64,000 nt of DNA from Puniceicoccaceae bacterium. Its GTDB lineage: Bacteria > Verrucomicrobiota > Verrucomicrobiia > Opitutales > Oceanipulchritudinaceae. The notes below the pieces were generated by a model. The model ran no database searches. It was not told where the DNA came from and was given only the letters and a program-made list of their open reading frames with translations. The position numbers were made by a program, and so were the translations under genes. Below, one piece after another: positions 8,550-18,452 of the stretch. Position 1 is the stretch's first letter; every line of letters begins with the position of its first letter. Location: the NCBI GenBank assembly GCA_040830765.1, contig JBFOMH010000017.1:64001-128000 (forward strand), read 5' to 3'.

Positions 8550-10247
8550 ATGGATACGTTATTACTAATTGGGCTGGTAGTGAGTGGTTACTTCGGGATT
8601 ACGATACTGATCGGGATTTTATTTTCGCGTCATATCAAATCAAGCGGTGATTATTATAAAGGCGGGAGTGTTATTCCGTGGTGGGCTGCAGGATTATCCC
8701 AGTACATGGCCGGATTCTCATCCTATTCATTTGTTGTTGTAGCGGGTGTAATTTATGCAAAAGGAGCATTTGGAGTATTATGGGCTTTAATTGGGCCCGT
8801 AAGCATACTAATTGGAGCTCGTTTGTTTAGCCACTTGTGGCACCGGTCTGGAATTACAACTCCAATAGAGTTTCTTGAAGAACGGTTCTCAGGGGGAATG
8901 AAACAGTTTTTTGCCTGGATGGGTATACTCAGCAGGCCCTTGAGCAATGGAGTTCGATTGGCAGCCTTTGGGATATTGATTTCCGCTTTATTAGGATTTG
9001 GAATGTCCGATATCCTTAATGGATCAATCCCAGTGCCTGTGATGGTTGTTGTTATTGGTGGACTAGTCGTATGCGCCTATACTCTTTTGGGGGGACTCTT
9101 TGGCGCTGTTGTAACGGATGTTCTTCAATTCATAATCCTTCAGACGGCACTAATTCCTTTATTTGTTTTATGCTATATTGAGGTAGGTGGCATAGGTGGA
9201 TTTATAGCACAGACACCTTCGGGATTTTTAGCGATGCCAGGGCTGGAGAGTACAGAGTGGCTTTGGTTGTTTGCCTGGTGTGTAATTTTCTTCTGCGATT
9301 ATAATGCTGGTCAATGGGGATTGATTACTCGTTACATTTGTACGAAGTCTGAAAGAGATGCTCGAAAAGTAGGGCTTCTTGCGGGAATCCTTTACCTGCC
9401 TATGACAATTCTTGTAATGTTCCCCATTCTTGTTGCAAGGATGCTTAATCCTGAGATCCATCCGGAATCTTCGTTTGGATGGATAATTCAAGAAGTATTT
9501 CCGCCTGGGATGGTTGCAATAATGCTTGCCGCGATGTTTGCAGCAACATTATCCACAATCAGTGCTGAATTGAATACCCTATCAGGGGTATTTACTGTGG
9601 ATGTTTACAAACGATTTTTCCACCCGATGGCTACTGAGGGAAATCTGGTGTTAGCTGGGCGAGTTATGACCATGCTTATCGGGATATCAACCATCGCCAT
9701 CAGTATCGTAATACTGTTGTGGGCGAATTCAATTTTGTCAGTTGCTCAAGAGATGGCAACTTACCTCGTCTTACCCAGTTCAACAGTCTTCCTGCTTGGC
9801 CTAATGACATGGAAAACTGGAACAAAGGGAGCGCTCTCCGCGCTGGTCTCCGGGATTATTTTCGGTTGGCTTGGAAAAATCATTGCCTTAAAAATGGGTT
9901 GGGAAGGCAATATCGTTATTTTTTTCCAAAATGGGCTAGCTGTTTTTGTGACGGCTGGATTATTTTTTGCTGTAGGAACACTTTTTCCTCAAAAAGGGGA
10001 TTTGGCAAAGAGGGCTCAGAACTTTCGAAAGCGTCTCGGCCAGAGATCTGTCGAACAATTAACGGAGGTGAATTCCAGTTTTCCTGCGCCGCTTAGAATT
10101 GTGGGAATTAGTGTGGTTTTAATAGCGGTTATGCTCCTTGCTACACTCCTGCACCCTTCGAATTTTGACGGTACAATTGTTATCGCATCGACTGGAGGAA
10201 TTCTCCTCTTTGGCGGACTTATACTATGCCGCGCAAACAAAGTTTAA
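8550..10247 (+). CDS. Sodium:solute symporter (SSS family)
   Basis: DYYKGGSVIPWWAAGLS, EFLEERF, GGLFGAVVTDVLQF, AAMFAATLSTISAELN; many TM helices. Confidence 0.92.
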   Translation: MDTLLLIGLVVSGYFGITILIGILFSRHIKSSGDYYKGGSVIPWWAAGLSQYMAGFSSYSFVVVAGVIYAKGAFGVLWALIGPVSILIGARLFSHLWHRSGITTPIEFLEERFSGGMKQFFAWMGILSRPLSNGVRLAAFGILISALLGFGMSDILNGSIPVPVMVVVIGGLVVCAYTLLGGLFGAVVTDVLQFIILQTALIPLFVLCYIEVGGIGGFIAQTPSGFLAMPGLESTEWLWLFAWCVIFFCDYNAGQWGLITRYICTKSERDARKVGLLAGILYLPMTILVMFPILVARMLNPEIHPESSFGWIIQEVFPPGMVAIMLAAMFAATLSTISAELNTLSGVFTVDVYKRFFHPMATEGNLVLAGRVMTMLIGISTIAISIVILLWANSILSVAQEMATYLVLPSSTVFLLGLMTWKTGTKGALSALVSGIIFGWLGKIIALKMGWEGNIVIFFQNGLAVFVTAGLFFAVGTLFPQKGDLAKRAQNFRKRLGQRSVEQLTEVNSSFPAPLRIVGISVVLIAVMLLATLLHPSNFDGTIVIASTGGILLFGGLILCRANKV

Positions 10248-10284
10248 AAGCCTTACTGCGTTTGTGGGTAAGCCATATAATGCT

Positions 10285-11517
10285 TTAACCTAGACTTGCC
10301 TCGAGTGCTTCTGAGAATACCTGCAAGGAAGTTGAAACAATATTTGGCCTGTGGGCTAACATCAAGCAAAGTGATAGCCCACGGACATCCTTGCGGATAA
10401 GCACACCTCTCTTTGCACATTCTATCAGAAACCTGTCGTTTAGCGCTGCTTCTACTTTCTCTTCTCGTTTGAATCGGAATGTTATTCCCGGCAGTGGATC
10501 ATCGGTTTCGGCAAGAATTCCTTTATCCTTTGCAATTTCCTGTATTCCCTCTGTAAGAAGCTTACTAATATGATGCAGCTGCTGAGGCACCCTTTCCTCC
10601 TTTAAAATGGATATTGTTTCAATAGACGCTACAATTGACAGTGATTCGCTAGCGTACGTCGAGCTAATCCAATTGTCTGCAATTGCTTCCATGAAGCTGT
10701 CTTTTCCAACTAATGCCGCAATTGGCATGCCATTAGCCATGCTCTTTGCAAAAGTAGCCAAGTCTGGTATGACTCCATACTTTTCCTGAGCACCTCCCAG
10801 GGCGTAGCGAAATCCCGTAATAATTTCATCGAAAATCAATACGGCCCCCTTTTCATCAGCCAGTGAGCGCAAGCCCTCCAGAAAACCAAGGGGTGGATTA
10901 TGGCCGTATAATGCAGGAGTCACTATGATGGCGGCTACTTTGTTGCCTATCTTATCCATTAATGCGCGTGCCGATGCCAGATCACCAAAGCCAAATTCAT
11001 GTGTCAGGTCATGGACTGCATGCGGAATGCCATCTTTGGATTTTAGCAAGGCCCACCAGTCGTGCCAACCTGAATATCCGCAGGATAGGATGTGTTCTTT
11101 TCCTGTTGAAAGTCTCGCCGCTCGCACTGCTGCTGATGTTGCTTCAGCACCAGTCTTCAGCAATCTCACTTTTTCGGCACATGGGATTGTGTTTACAAGT
11201 AATTCTGCCAGTTCGATTTCTTCAGGGCACGGCAGCGAAAGCAGTGCACCCTTGTCTAGTTGTTTATGTATTCTACTGTCGATTCGCTCAATCCCATATC
11301 CAAGTACAATTGGGGCTAACGCAGCCACATAGTCTATATAGCGATTACCATCAAGATCCCAAACATAGGACCCTTTACCTCGGATCAGATAGGCAGGATA
11401 ATGGTCTATTCCACAAAAATTTGTCACCCTTTTGCTGATGGTGTGCGTTCCTCCGGGAATCACCTTTAAGGCTCTCTCCCAATGTAGTTTGGATACTGTG
11501 TGGTTATTTGTTTTCAT
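10285..11517 (-). CDS. Class III PLP-dependent aminotransferase (GSA-AT-like)
   Basis: RGKGSYVWDLDGNRYIDY, TGAEAT, LIFDEIITGFR, PDLATFAKSMANGMP (PLP lysine). Confidence 0.9.
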   Translation of the reverse strand: MKTNNHTVSKLHWERALKVIPGGTHTISKRVTNFCGIDHYPAYLIRGKGSYVWDLDGNRYIDYVAALAPIVLGYGIERIDSRIHKQLDKGALLSLPCPEEIELAELLVNTIPCAEKVRLLKTGAEATSAAVRAARLSTGKEHILSCGYSGWHDWWALLKSKDGIPHAVHDLTHEFGFGDLASARALMDKIGNKVAAIIVTPALYGHNPPLGFLEGLRSLADEKGAVLIFDEIITGFRYALGGAQEKYGVIPDLATFAKSMANGMPIAALVGKDSFMEAIADNWISSTYASESLSIVASIETISILKEERVPQQLHHISKLLTEGIQEIAKDKGILAETDDPLPGITFRFKREEKVEAALNDRFLIECAKRGVLIRKDVRGLSLCLMLAHRPNIVSTSLQVFSEALEASLG

Positions 11518-11551
11518 ATTTGTGAATTTAGAATTTTCTTATGCTCCTATA

Positions 11552-11568
11552 AGGCTGTAATACAAGTA
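11552..11568. promoter_or_regulatory. Putative FadR/GntR operator in the divergent aminotransferase/regulator promoter
   Basis: AGGCTGTAATACAAGTA shares the CTGTAATACA core with 12371-12387. Confidence 0.6.
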
Positions 11569-11629
11569 TAAAATTAGACAAACTTCTTGACCCTGTCGAA
11601 TCTCAGGCAAAAAATAATCAATAACCACT

Positions 11630-12343
11630 ATGAGAACTCTGAAAAAAGTGACGTTGGTAGACCAGGCAGTCCGGGAAATTTTCCTTTACATTCAAAACAA
11701 TGGTATGAAGCCGGATGATGTATTACCCTCCGAAGGGAAATTGTCAGAGTTTCTCGGAGTAAGCAGACCGGTGGTAAGGGAAGCGCTAAGAACCCTACAG
11801 GGGAGGGGTGTTCTTGATTTGGTAAATGGCAAAGGCGCTGTTGTGCGACCTGTTGATGGAAGTCTGCTTTCGACCTATTTTGACCGAATTGCGGAATCAG
11901 GCATTAGTAATCTGATTGAATTGGAAGAGGCGCGGCACGGATTGGACATGCATGCATCGAGGCTTGCTGCTGAGAAGCGCACGGAAGAAGGCATAGAAGC
12001 ACTTGATGAAGTTTTGACTGAAATGCGCGAGTGTGTCAGAGACACAAGAAAGTACAGCGATTTAAATGAGCGTTTTCATAAGTTGATCGCAGAAATCGGT
12101 GGTAACAGGATCATCATCAATCTCTCCGAAGCTCTCTCCGCAACCCTTGGAAATGCCCTTGAGCCGATTTACGATAGTGTCATTGATGAAGACCATTGGG
12201 TTGGTATTCATCCTTACCACGAAATGCTTTTCAAATACATAAAGGAGGGAAAGCCACAGGAGGCATCAGACATCACGCTCGAGCATTTGAGGTTTTCTCT
12301 GGAGCGAAAAAGGGACGAAGGAGCCCTCTCTTCAAACGAATAG
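11630..12343 (+). CDS. GntR/FadR-family transcriptional regulator
   Basis: LPSEGKLSEFLGVSRPVVREAL HTH plus FCD-type C-terminal domain. Confidence 0.92.
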   Translation: MRTLKKVTLVDQAVREIFLYIQNNGMKPDDVLPSEGKLSEFLGVSRPVVREALRTLQGRGVLDLVNGKGAVVRPVDGSLLSTYFDRIAESGISNLIELEEARHGLDMHASRLAAEKRTEEGIEALDEVLTEMRECVRDTRKYSDLNERFHKLIAEIGGNRIIINLSEALSATLGNALEPIYDSVIDEDHWVGIHPYHEMLFKYIKEGKPQEASDITLEHLRFSLERKRDEGALSSNE

Positions 12344-12370
12344 TTTTCGGGAGGAGTATTTTTTTGGTCT

Positions 12371-12391
12371 AACCTGTAATACAGGTTGACA
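12371..12391 (+). promoter_or_regulatory. Perfect palindromic FadR/GntR-type operator overlapping TTGACA
   Basis: AACCTGTA-A-TACAGGTT, with TTGACA at 12386-12391, at the head of the amidohydrolase-TBDR operon. Confidence 0.75.
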
Positions 12392-12433
12392 ATAAGGATG
12401 TAATACCACTTAATGCCCACATCTGATCATAAT

Positions 12434-13219
12434 ATGAATATATGGGATATAGATTTTCATGTGGGCCTCACCTTTGAGAATGGAAGGGCATGGGTAGCTG
12501 AGGACAAAGTAGTCGATTTGTTGGACCGCTATGGGATTGAGCGTGCAGTTATAAGTGCAAGTGGCTTGGGACCGGATGGCTGGGTAGATGCAAACCTAAG
12601 GATTTCGAAATTAGTAGCCTCAGCTAATGACCGATTGATTGGTGGGTATACCTCACCAACAAACGCTTTCCGTGAAAGTGAAACTTTGAAGGAGTATGCT
12701 GAGGAATTAGTTGCTAATGGAATATCCTGTATCCGGTTGATGCCAGAGACAGGACCTCAGGCAGCACCGATGGTATTGGGTAAAGACTGCGCCATTTTAG
12801 AAGCAATAGAAGTCTATGCTATGCACAGAGTACCATTAATATTGCCTGTTGGCCACTTTTTCACGGGTAAAAAAAGATTCGAGTATGGACCGGATGCAAT
12901 TGAACGAATTGCAAAACAGTTTCCGGAAATGCCGATAATCCTCGTCCAGGGAAATTACCGATTAATGCAAGTACTGGAAGGAATGCTTAAAAGGTGCTCC
13001 AACCTGTATCTAACCATTTCTGGATTAGGATTGTTCTATCAACTAGAAAGCCTTGTCAGGAGAATCGGGGCTGAGCGGTTCGTTTTCGGATCTGGTGCTC
13101 CAGAAATGGAACCGTCCATGGGTATTGGAATGCTTCTTTGGTCAAGGCTTTCAGTTGAGGAGAAGCAAAAAATCGCGAGCAGCAATGTAGCCGGAATATT
13201 AGGAAAATCAAAATGCTAG
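12434..13219 (+). CDS. Amidohydrolase_2-fold protein with degenerate metal site
   Basis: DIDFHVG in place of DxHxH and FGSGAP in place of FGSDxP; alternative start 12413. Confidence 0.75.
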   Translation: MNIWDIDFHVGLTFENGRAWVAEDKVVDLLDRYGIERAVISASGLGPDGWVDANLRISKLVASANDRLIGGYTSPTNAFRESETLKEYAEELVANGISCIRLMPETGPQAAPMVLGKDCAILEAIEVYAMHRVPLILPVGHFFTGKKRFEYGPDAIERIAKQFPEMPIILVQGNYRLMQVLEGMLKRCSNLYLTISGLGLFYQLESLVRRIGAERFVFGSGAPEMEPSMGIGMLLWSRLSVEEKQKIASSNVAGILGKSKC

Positions 13220-14103
13220 ATGAAGCTATCAGAGCAAGGACCTTAAGAGGACAACCAATTGATTCATGCCCTGTTTTTGACGTGCATGGCCACATTGGCG
13301 CCAGTCGCGATTCCCTTGTTGGCGAAATTATGGATTCCAACTGTGATGAAAAATTCAACTCAGTTTATGTTAACCTAGAACAACAAAGGGGCATTTCCTG
13401 GCCAAGAGCGCTTCCGCTATTAATGGAAGCGATGAATTTAACAGGAATCAATAGAATGGTGTTCAGTCATTTGGACGCAATCACAGCCAGGACAACGGAC
13501 ATCTATTTCAAGGCTCACAGGGAGGCGGAAGAAGCCATATGGTTCACTGAGAAACGGCTTCTTGGTTATGTAGTTTATGCGCCTCATTTTGTTGAATCAT
13601 CTTTAACTCAACTTAAGCGATTGAAGGAAAGTTCGAGTGGTTTTGTTGGTGTCAAACTGCACTGCGAAGTTCACGATGTTCGAATTAGCGACGAGCGTTT
13701 TAATGGTTTATTCGAGCATTTAAAAGATTATCCATGTCCAGTGCTGATTCATGCACATCCTTTGGATACGCCATTGGAAATTGCAAGGCGGGCTAAAAGT
13801 GTTCCAGATACTACTTTCATTATGGCACACTTCTGGCCAGGGGAGCACATGGCAAAGTTCCTTACCCAAGAATGTCCTAATGTATGCATTGATATATGTG
13901 CTTCAAAAACTCCCCTTGGCCAGCTTGAACGAATGGTCGAGTTAGTTGGTTCAAGTCGGCTTTTGTATGGATCCGACGCAACCTATCTTAGCCTTGGAGC
14001 ACAATTGGCAAAGGTAACCCTCGCTGATCTAACGCAGGCTGAGAAGGAAGCAATTCTGTTCCAAAATGCATCACACATTTTCTCAGAGTATTTAACCAGA
14101 TAG
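13213..14103 (+). CDS. Amidohydrolase_2 family metallohydrolase
   Basis: FDVHGH, GVKLH, LIHAH, MAHF and LYGSD motifs intact. Confidence 0.88.
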   Translation: MLDEAIRARTLRGQPIDSCPVFDVHGHIGASRDSLVGEIMDSNCDEKFNSVYVNLEQQRGISWPRALPLLMEAMNLTGINRMVFSHLDAITARTTDIYFKAHREAEEAIWFTEKRLLGYVVYAPHFVESSLTQLKRLKESSSGFVGVKLHCEVHDVRISDERFNGLFEHLKDYPCPVLIHAHPLDTPLEIARRAKSVPDTTFIMAHFWPGEHMAKFLTQECPNVCIDICASKTPLGQLERMVELVGSSRLLYGSDATYLSLGAQLAKVTLADLTQAEKEAILFQNASHIFSEYLTR

Positions 14104-14116
14104 AAAGTATGCTATA

Positions 14117-16975
14117 ATGAAAATTCAAAATATCTCAACTCCAGGAATCCGTTCAATTCTGTTATCCATATTCCTAATGGTTAATCTGAATTCTTTCGCT
14201 CAAGGTACAGGTAATCTTGTCGGATACGTCTATGATGAGTTAACAGAGTCTTATCTCGTAGGTGCATCTGTAACAGTTGCTTCTTCGGGACAAAAAGTCT
14301 TTAGTGAAGAAGGTGGTCGCTTCCGGTTAAGGAATGTACCACTGGGACCACAAACATTAATCACAAATTACCAGGCTTATATGCCTGTTCGTGACAATGT
14401 TGAAGTTCGTGGAGACACTGTTGTTTCAATATTAATTCGCATGAATCCGAAGCAGGGTGAACAGGTTTATAATTTGGATGAGTTTGAAGTGATAGCGGGT
14501 GGTCTAACTGGTAATGCGAGAGCAAACCAACTACAAAAATCCTCTGATGCCCTTGTGAGCATATATTCCTCGGACGTATTCGGAGATTTCCCAGATCGAG
14601 CTGCAGCCGAATCACTTAACAGGTTGCCTGGTGTCAGTATCCGTCGCTTGGATGGTCAAGGCGACATGGTCTCAGTTCGTGGTTTGAACCCGGACTTGAA
14701 CAATTTCTCAGTAAATGGGCAACGTCTATCAGCTGGTGATACCGGTGGACGAATGGTCTCGATGGCAGTATTCTCTTCTAGTAATTTCGAGAGGTTCGAA
14801 GTAAATAAAGTCTTTCTACCTGAATTGCCTGGTGACTTTCTTGGCGCATCGGTGAATCTGGTAACCAAATCTGCATTCGACAGGGGAGGTCAGTTTGTAA
14901 ACGCCAGCATCCAGCATGGTAATGTGGAAATTACTGATGGTGAGTTATTTGAAGGGGAGGTCACCTATGGAAATGTGGTTGGGAAGGATAAGAATTTTGG
15001 GATTTTGATTACCGGTGGACTGTCTAACATTGAGAGGGGAACAGAAGGTATTCTTTCCCAATTCCTTAATTTTGGTTCTGGAGATAGTCCGGTATATGCA
15101 CCAGCAGGGCATCAGCTTGACAAATCGTTGACAGACAACACTCGCGAAAGCTTAGCCGTTGACTTCGAGTACAGGCCAACCGATTTTTCATCTTTCTTCC
15201 TTCGTGGAACCTTCAATCATCTGGAGCGGGATCAGTTAGCCCAGCGCAGGACTTACAGACTGCTCTTCACTCCCAGCCTTCGGCCACAAGTTGGAGATGG
15301 CGAGGCAATGTTTGCCGGTGCAAATTATCAGAGGACAAGCAGCGAAAATTTGCAGGAATCTGATTTTGTTAATGTCACTGGAGGTGGGTCAATAGATTTT
15401 GAGTCTTCAACATTGGATTTCCAGATTGGATGGACTCAGACAAATAACATAGATAGTGATCTTCAGGTGTTTGTCTTTGAGACAGGGCCAGTTCCCGGTG
15501 CAATAGGCATTAACTGGAAAGAACCAAGATACATCGATGTTTCTCCTCCGGAGCATCTTCCGCTTGCGAATCCCGAATCGTATAGATTTTTTGCAGCTGA
15601 CAGGATGCCACCTGAAACTTTACGCGACGTTTATGACCGCGACTGGAGCGCCGCTTTAGATTGGACACGTAGCTTGGGACTGTTTGGATATCAAGGAGAA
15701 TTCAAAAGTGGGGTTGCTGTAAGGCTTAAGGACAGGGCCGTTAACTTTGAAGGACGTTTCTATCGCAATTACTCAGGTGGCAGTTTAACTTTGGCCGACT
15801 TTGCAATCGAGCAAGTCGATGACGAATTGCTAAGCGGACGTTATGATTTTGGCTTGGGTGTCGATGCGGTTGGCTTCTATGAATTTTTTAAGACAAACAA
15901 GGATGATTTCGTTCCTAGTGAAGAAACGGCAAAAGCTGCATCAAACGAGCAGGATAGTGAAATTGGTGAAGATGTTTACGCAGTTTACTTGCAACAGGCA
16001 CTCGATATAAAATCTACTCGTTTGTACTTTGGAGCCAGGCTTGAAACTACTAGAACGGATCTCCAAGCTCGAAAGGTCACCCGCAATGCTTCGGGACAAA
16101 TTCAAAGTATAGAACCCATTTCTGCAAACAATGACTATACTAACATTCTTCCAGCTATCGTAACACGGACCGAGCTTGGTGAGAACATTGTTCTTAGAGC
16201 CGGGCTCACGCGAACTATTTCAAGACCTCGACTTGATCAACAATCACCTATTGAAGCACTTTCTTTACCCGATCCAAGTTCTGTTGGTGGAAGGGTGATT
16301 ACTCGTGGTAATCCGGATTTGAATCCATTGAGTTCTAACAACATTGATCTTTCAATAGAGTACTATACTGAAAACCTTGGGATGTTCTCTGCGGGAGTAT
16401 TTTACAAGGATATTAAAGATGTTACTGGACGGACAACCGAGATTATTGACGATCCCTTGTCTCCAGGAGAAATGGCCCAGCTCACTACCTATCAAAACTT
16501 TGGTTCAGCCGAGGTCAAAGGGCTTGAATTGAGTTTTACCAGGAAGATGGATTTTCTTCCTGAACCTTTGGACTCGTTTACTCTAACCGGAACATACACC
16601 TACACGGATTCAACGGTTGATGTGGTTGGCCGTAGTGGTTCCGATATGCCTCTTCCTGAGCAGGCTGATCATATAATCTCGGGTTCTATTGGTTTTAATC
16701 GTTGGGGATTTTCCGCGAATTTGGCATACGTTTATGACTCTGAAATGCTGAGATCCCTGAACTCAGATCCAAATCTGGATCTGTATATGGATGGAAGAGG
16801 GCAGTTTGACTTGAGCATGTCCTATCGGGTTAACAGCAGGGTCAAAGTATTCGCCGAGGTCCGTAATCTTACAGATGAGGAAACTTACATGTATATGGGT
16901 GATCCCAGCAGGGCTCAATCTACGGAGGTGTTTGGTCGAGTGGTCTCCTTTGGTTTAAACATAGACTGGGATTAA
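14117..16975 (+). CDS. TonB-dependent receptor with N-terminal carboxypeptidase-regulatory-like domain
   Basis: Signal peptide, plug AESLNRLPGVS..VSVRG, GNPDLNP, NLTDE and C-terminal beta strand. Confidence 0.92.
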   Translation: MKIQNISTPGIRSILLSIFLMVNLNSFAQGTGNLVGYVYDELTESYLVGASVTVASSGQKVFSEEGGRFRLRNVPLGPQTLITNYQAYMPVRDNVEVRGDTVVSILIRMNPKQGEQVYNLDEFEVIAGGLTGNARANQLQKSSDALVSIYSSDVFGDFPDRAAAESLNRLPGVSIRRLDGQGDMVSVRGLNPDLNNFSVNGQRLSAGDTGGRMVSMAVFSSSNFERFEVNKVFLPELPGDFLGASVNLVTKSAFDRGGQFVNASIQHGNVEITDGELFEGEVTYGNVVGKDKNFGILITGGLSNIERGTEGILSQFLNFGSGDSPVYAPAGHQLDKSLTDNTRESLAVDFEYRPTDFSSFFLRGTFNHLERDQLAQRRTYRLLFTPSLRPQVGDGEAMFAGANYQRTSSENLQESDFVNVTGGGSIDFESSTLDFQIGWTQTNNIDSDLQVFVFETGPVPGAIGINWKEPRYIDVSPPEHLPLANPESYRFFAADRMPPETLRDVYDRDWSAALDWTRSLGLFGYQGEFKSGVAVRLKDRAVNFEGRFYRNYSGGSLTLADFAIEQVDDELLSGRYDFGLGVDAVGFYEFFKTNKDDFVPSEETAKAASNEQDSEIGEDVYAVYLQQALDIKSTRLYFGARLETTRTDLQARKVTRNASGQIQSIEPISANNDYTNILPAIVTRTELGENIVLRAGLTRTISRPRLDQQSPIEALSLPDPSSVGGRVITRGNPDLNPLSSNNIDLSIEYYTENLGMFSAGVFYKDIKDVTGRTTEIIDDPLSPGEMAQLTTYQNFGSAEVKGLELSFTRKMDFLPEPLDSFTLTGTYTYTDSTVDVVGRSGSDMPLPEQADHIISGSIGFNRWGFSANLAYVYDSEMLRSLNSDPNLDLYMDGRGQFDLSMSYRVNSRVKVFAEVRNLTDEETYMYMGDPSRAQSTEVFGRVVSFGLNIDWD

Positions 16976-17015
16976 GCCAGGTTTTGAAATATTCTAAACT
17001 CGTATTACATTCGAA

Positions 17016-18383
17016 ATGAAAAAACTGATTTCACTCTATGCTTTAATTGCATGTGCTCAAATCCTGCATCCAGAGGTCTGCTTGAATCCCGCGTTTGATC
17101 CTCAAAATTGGCCGGGGCCCGTTCCCGAAGCGATTCAGAGATCCGTTAAGCCGCTACAATTAGAACTGGAATCGGCGATGCTTCAAGAGGATGCAGATGG
17201 CATTGATGCTATTATATCAGAAATGGAAGCTGCTTTGGGAGACTGGGTTGGTGTGCCAGAGGTCAAACCTCAGTATGGTTTACCAATAGATAGCTCCTTA
17301 CCCGATCTCAACCATGTTGAAAAGCTCTGGCTTGAAAGCTATGAAAAATTGATTGTAAAGATGAATTCGCTCTGGTCTGACCCCAAAAGGCAGGAGAGAG
17401 AGGGGGATGCCCCAAGATTACGAATCAGCCTTCGGTTAGCCCGAGCATTCCTCCAGTCCTATGAAGCACAGCTTGAAAACAGTCATTCTTATGGAGAGGC
17501 TGGCAAGAAAGGAATGGATTTCCTAGTGACGCAGCAGACAAGTAATGGTGCATTTGGATATCCCGTTTATGAAGGAGGACAGCAGCGGCTGCAGCTTATT
17601 GTAGCTGAGGTTTTGAAGAAAGGCCGTTCTCTTGAATTGGATATGACCGAAAAGGGATATCTAATAAATGACCTCGGGGATGGGGGATTGAATTTTGATC
17701 ATGGCGTTGTTGGCTGTGGCCTTGTCTACGCATATTGGATTTCTGGAGACGAACGCTACTTGAATTCAGCTATTAGAGCGGGAGAATGGGTGTTTTCCCG
17801 GAACGATGTAAGAACACAGAATTTCAACTACAATTGCTTTTCAGGACAACTCATGGCCCGATTGTACAGGGCAACTGGAGAGGTTCGATACCTTGACGAA
17901 GCCCGGAATCTATTTGAATTTGGTGTTCTGCCAGGATTAATGGAAAATGGTCGCTGGATCGATCCCCACAACGCGCGAATTCAATACCATTCGGTTATGT
18001 TGCGGAGCATGTTTGAATACTATTTAGCCCTTCAGGATGCTGGCGACTGTAGAAATGCAAATAAAGTTAAGAACGCTTTGGTTCTCGGGCTTGATAATCT
18101 AGCATTGCAGATAACAACTTTCGGAGCAAGCAATGTTCACGAATTGTTGTCAATTGATCCTCTAGTCTATGGTTTGATGCTTTTGGATCCGAAGGATTCC
18201 TGGGAAGCTGCAGTTAACATTAATATTAACTATCTCGTCGACTATTTCATGCCAAAACTCGAGAAGAATGGGTTTCCCATGACAGAGTCAGTCGGCACCT
18301 ATCTTTTGTACCGAATGAGCAAGATGGAGGATGAGTTACCATTAGAGCTGCGTCTTGGCATGTTTAAGCCGGACAACCAATAA
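17016..18383 (+). CDS. Secreted alpha/alpha-barrel (six-hairpin glycosidase/cyclase-like) protein
   Basis: Signal peptide; repeated LxxxYxxxGDxRYLxxA hairpin motifs and QTSNGAF. Confidence 0.6.
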   Translation: MKKLISLYALIACAQILHPEVCLNPAFDPQNWPGPVPEAIQRSVKPLQLELESAMLQEDADGIDAIISEMEAALGDWVGVPEVKPQYGLPIDSSLPDLNHVEKLWLESYEKLIVKMNSLWSDPKRQEREGDAPRLRISLRLARAFLQSYEAQLENSHSYGEAGKKGMDFLVTQQTSNGAFGYPVYEGGQQRLQLIVAEVLKKGRSLELDMTEKGYLINDLGDGGLNFDHGVVGCGLVYAYWISGDERYLNSAIRAGEWVFSRNDVRTQNFNYNCFSGQLMARLYRATGEVRYLDEARNLFEFGVLPGLMENGRWIDPHNARIQYHSVMLRSMFEYYLALQDAGDCRNANKVKNALVLGLDNLALQITTFGASNVHELLSIDPLVYGLMLLDPKDSWEAAVNININYLVDYFMPKLEKNGFPMTESVGTYLLYRMSKMEDELPLELRLGMFKPDNQ

Positions 18384-18452
18384 TTTAGGGACGTTCTGAT
18401 CCTGCGAAAATCCTGATTAGTTCGATAGAATTGATTGCAAGGAGTTTTAAAA

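Noticed and set aside
10285..11517. Calling the aminotransferase hemL
   Set aside because: Catabolic island context and divergent motifs; only the family is supported.
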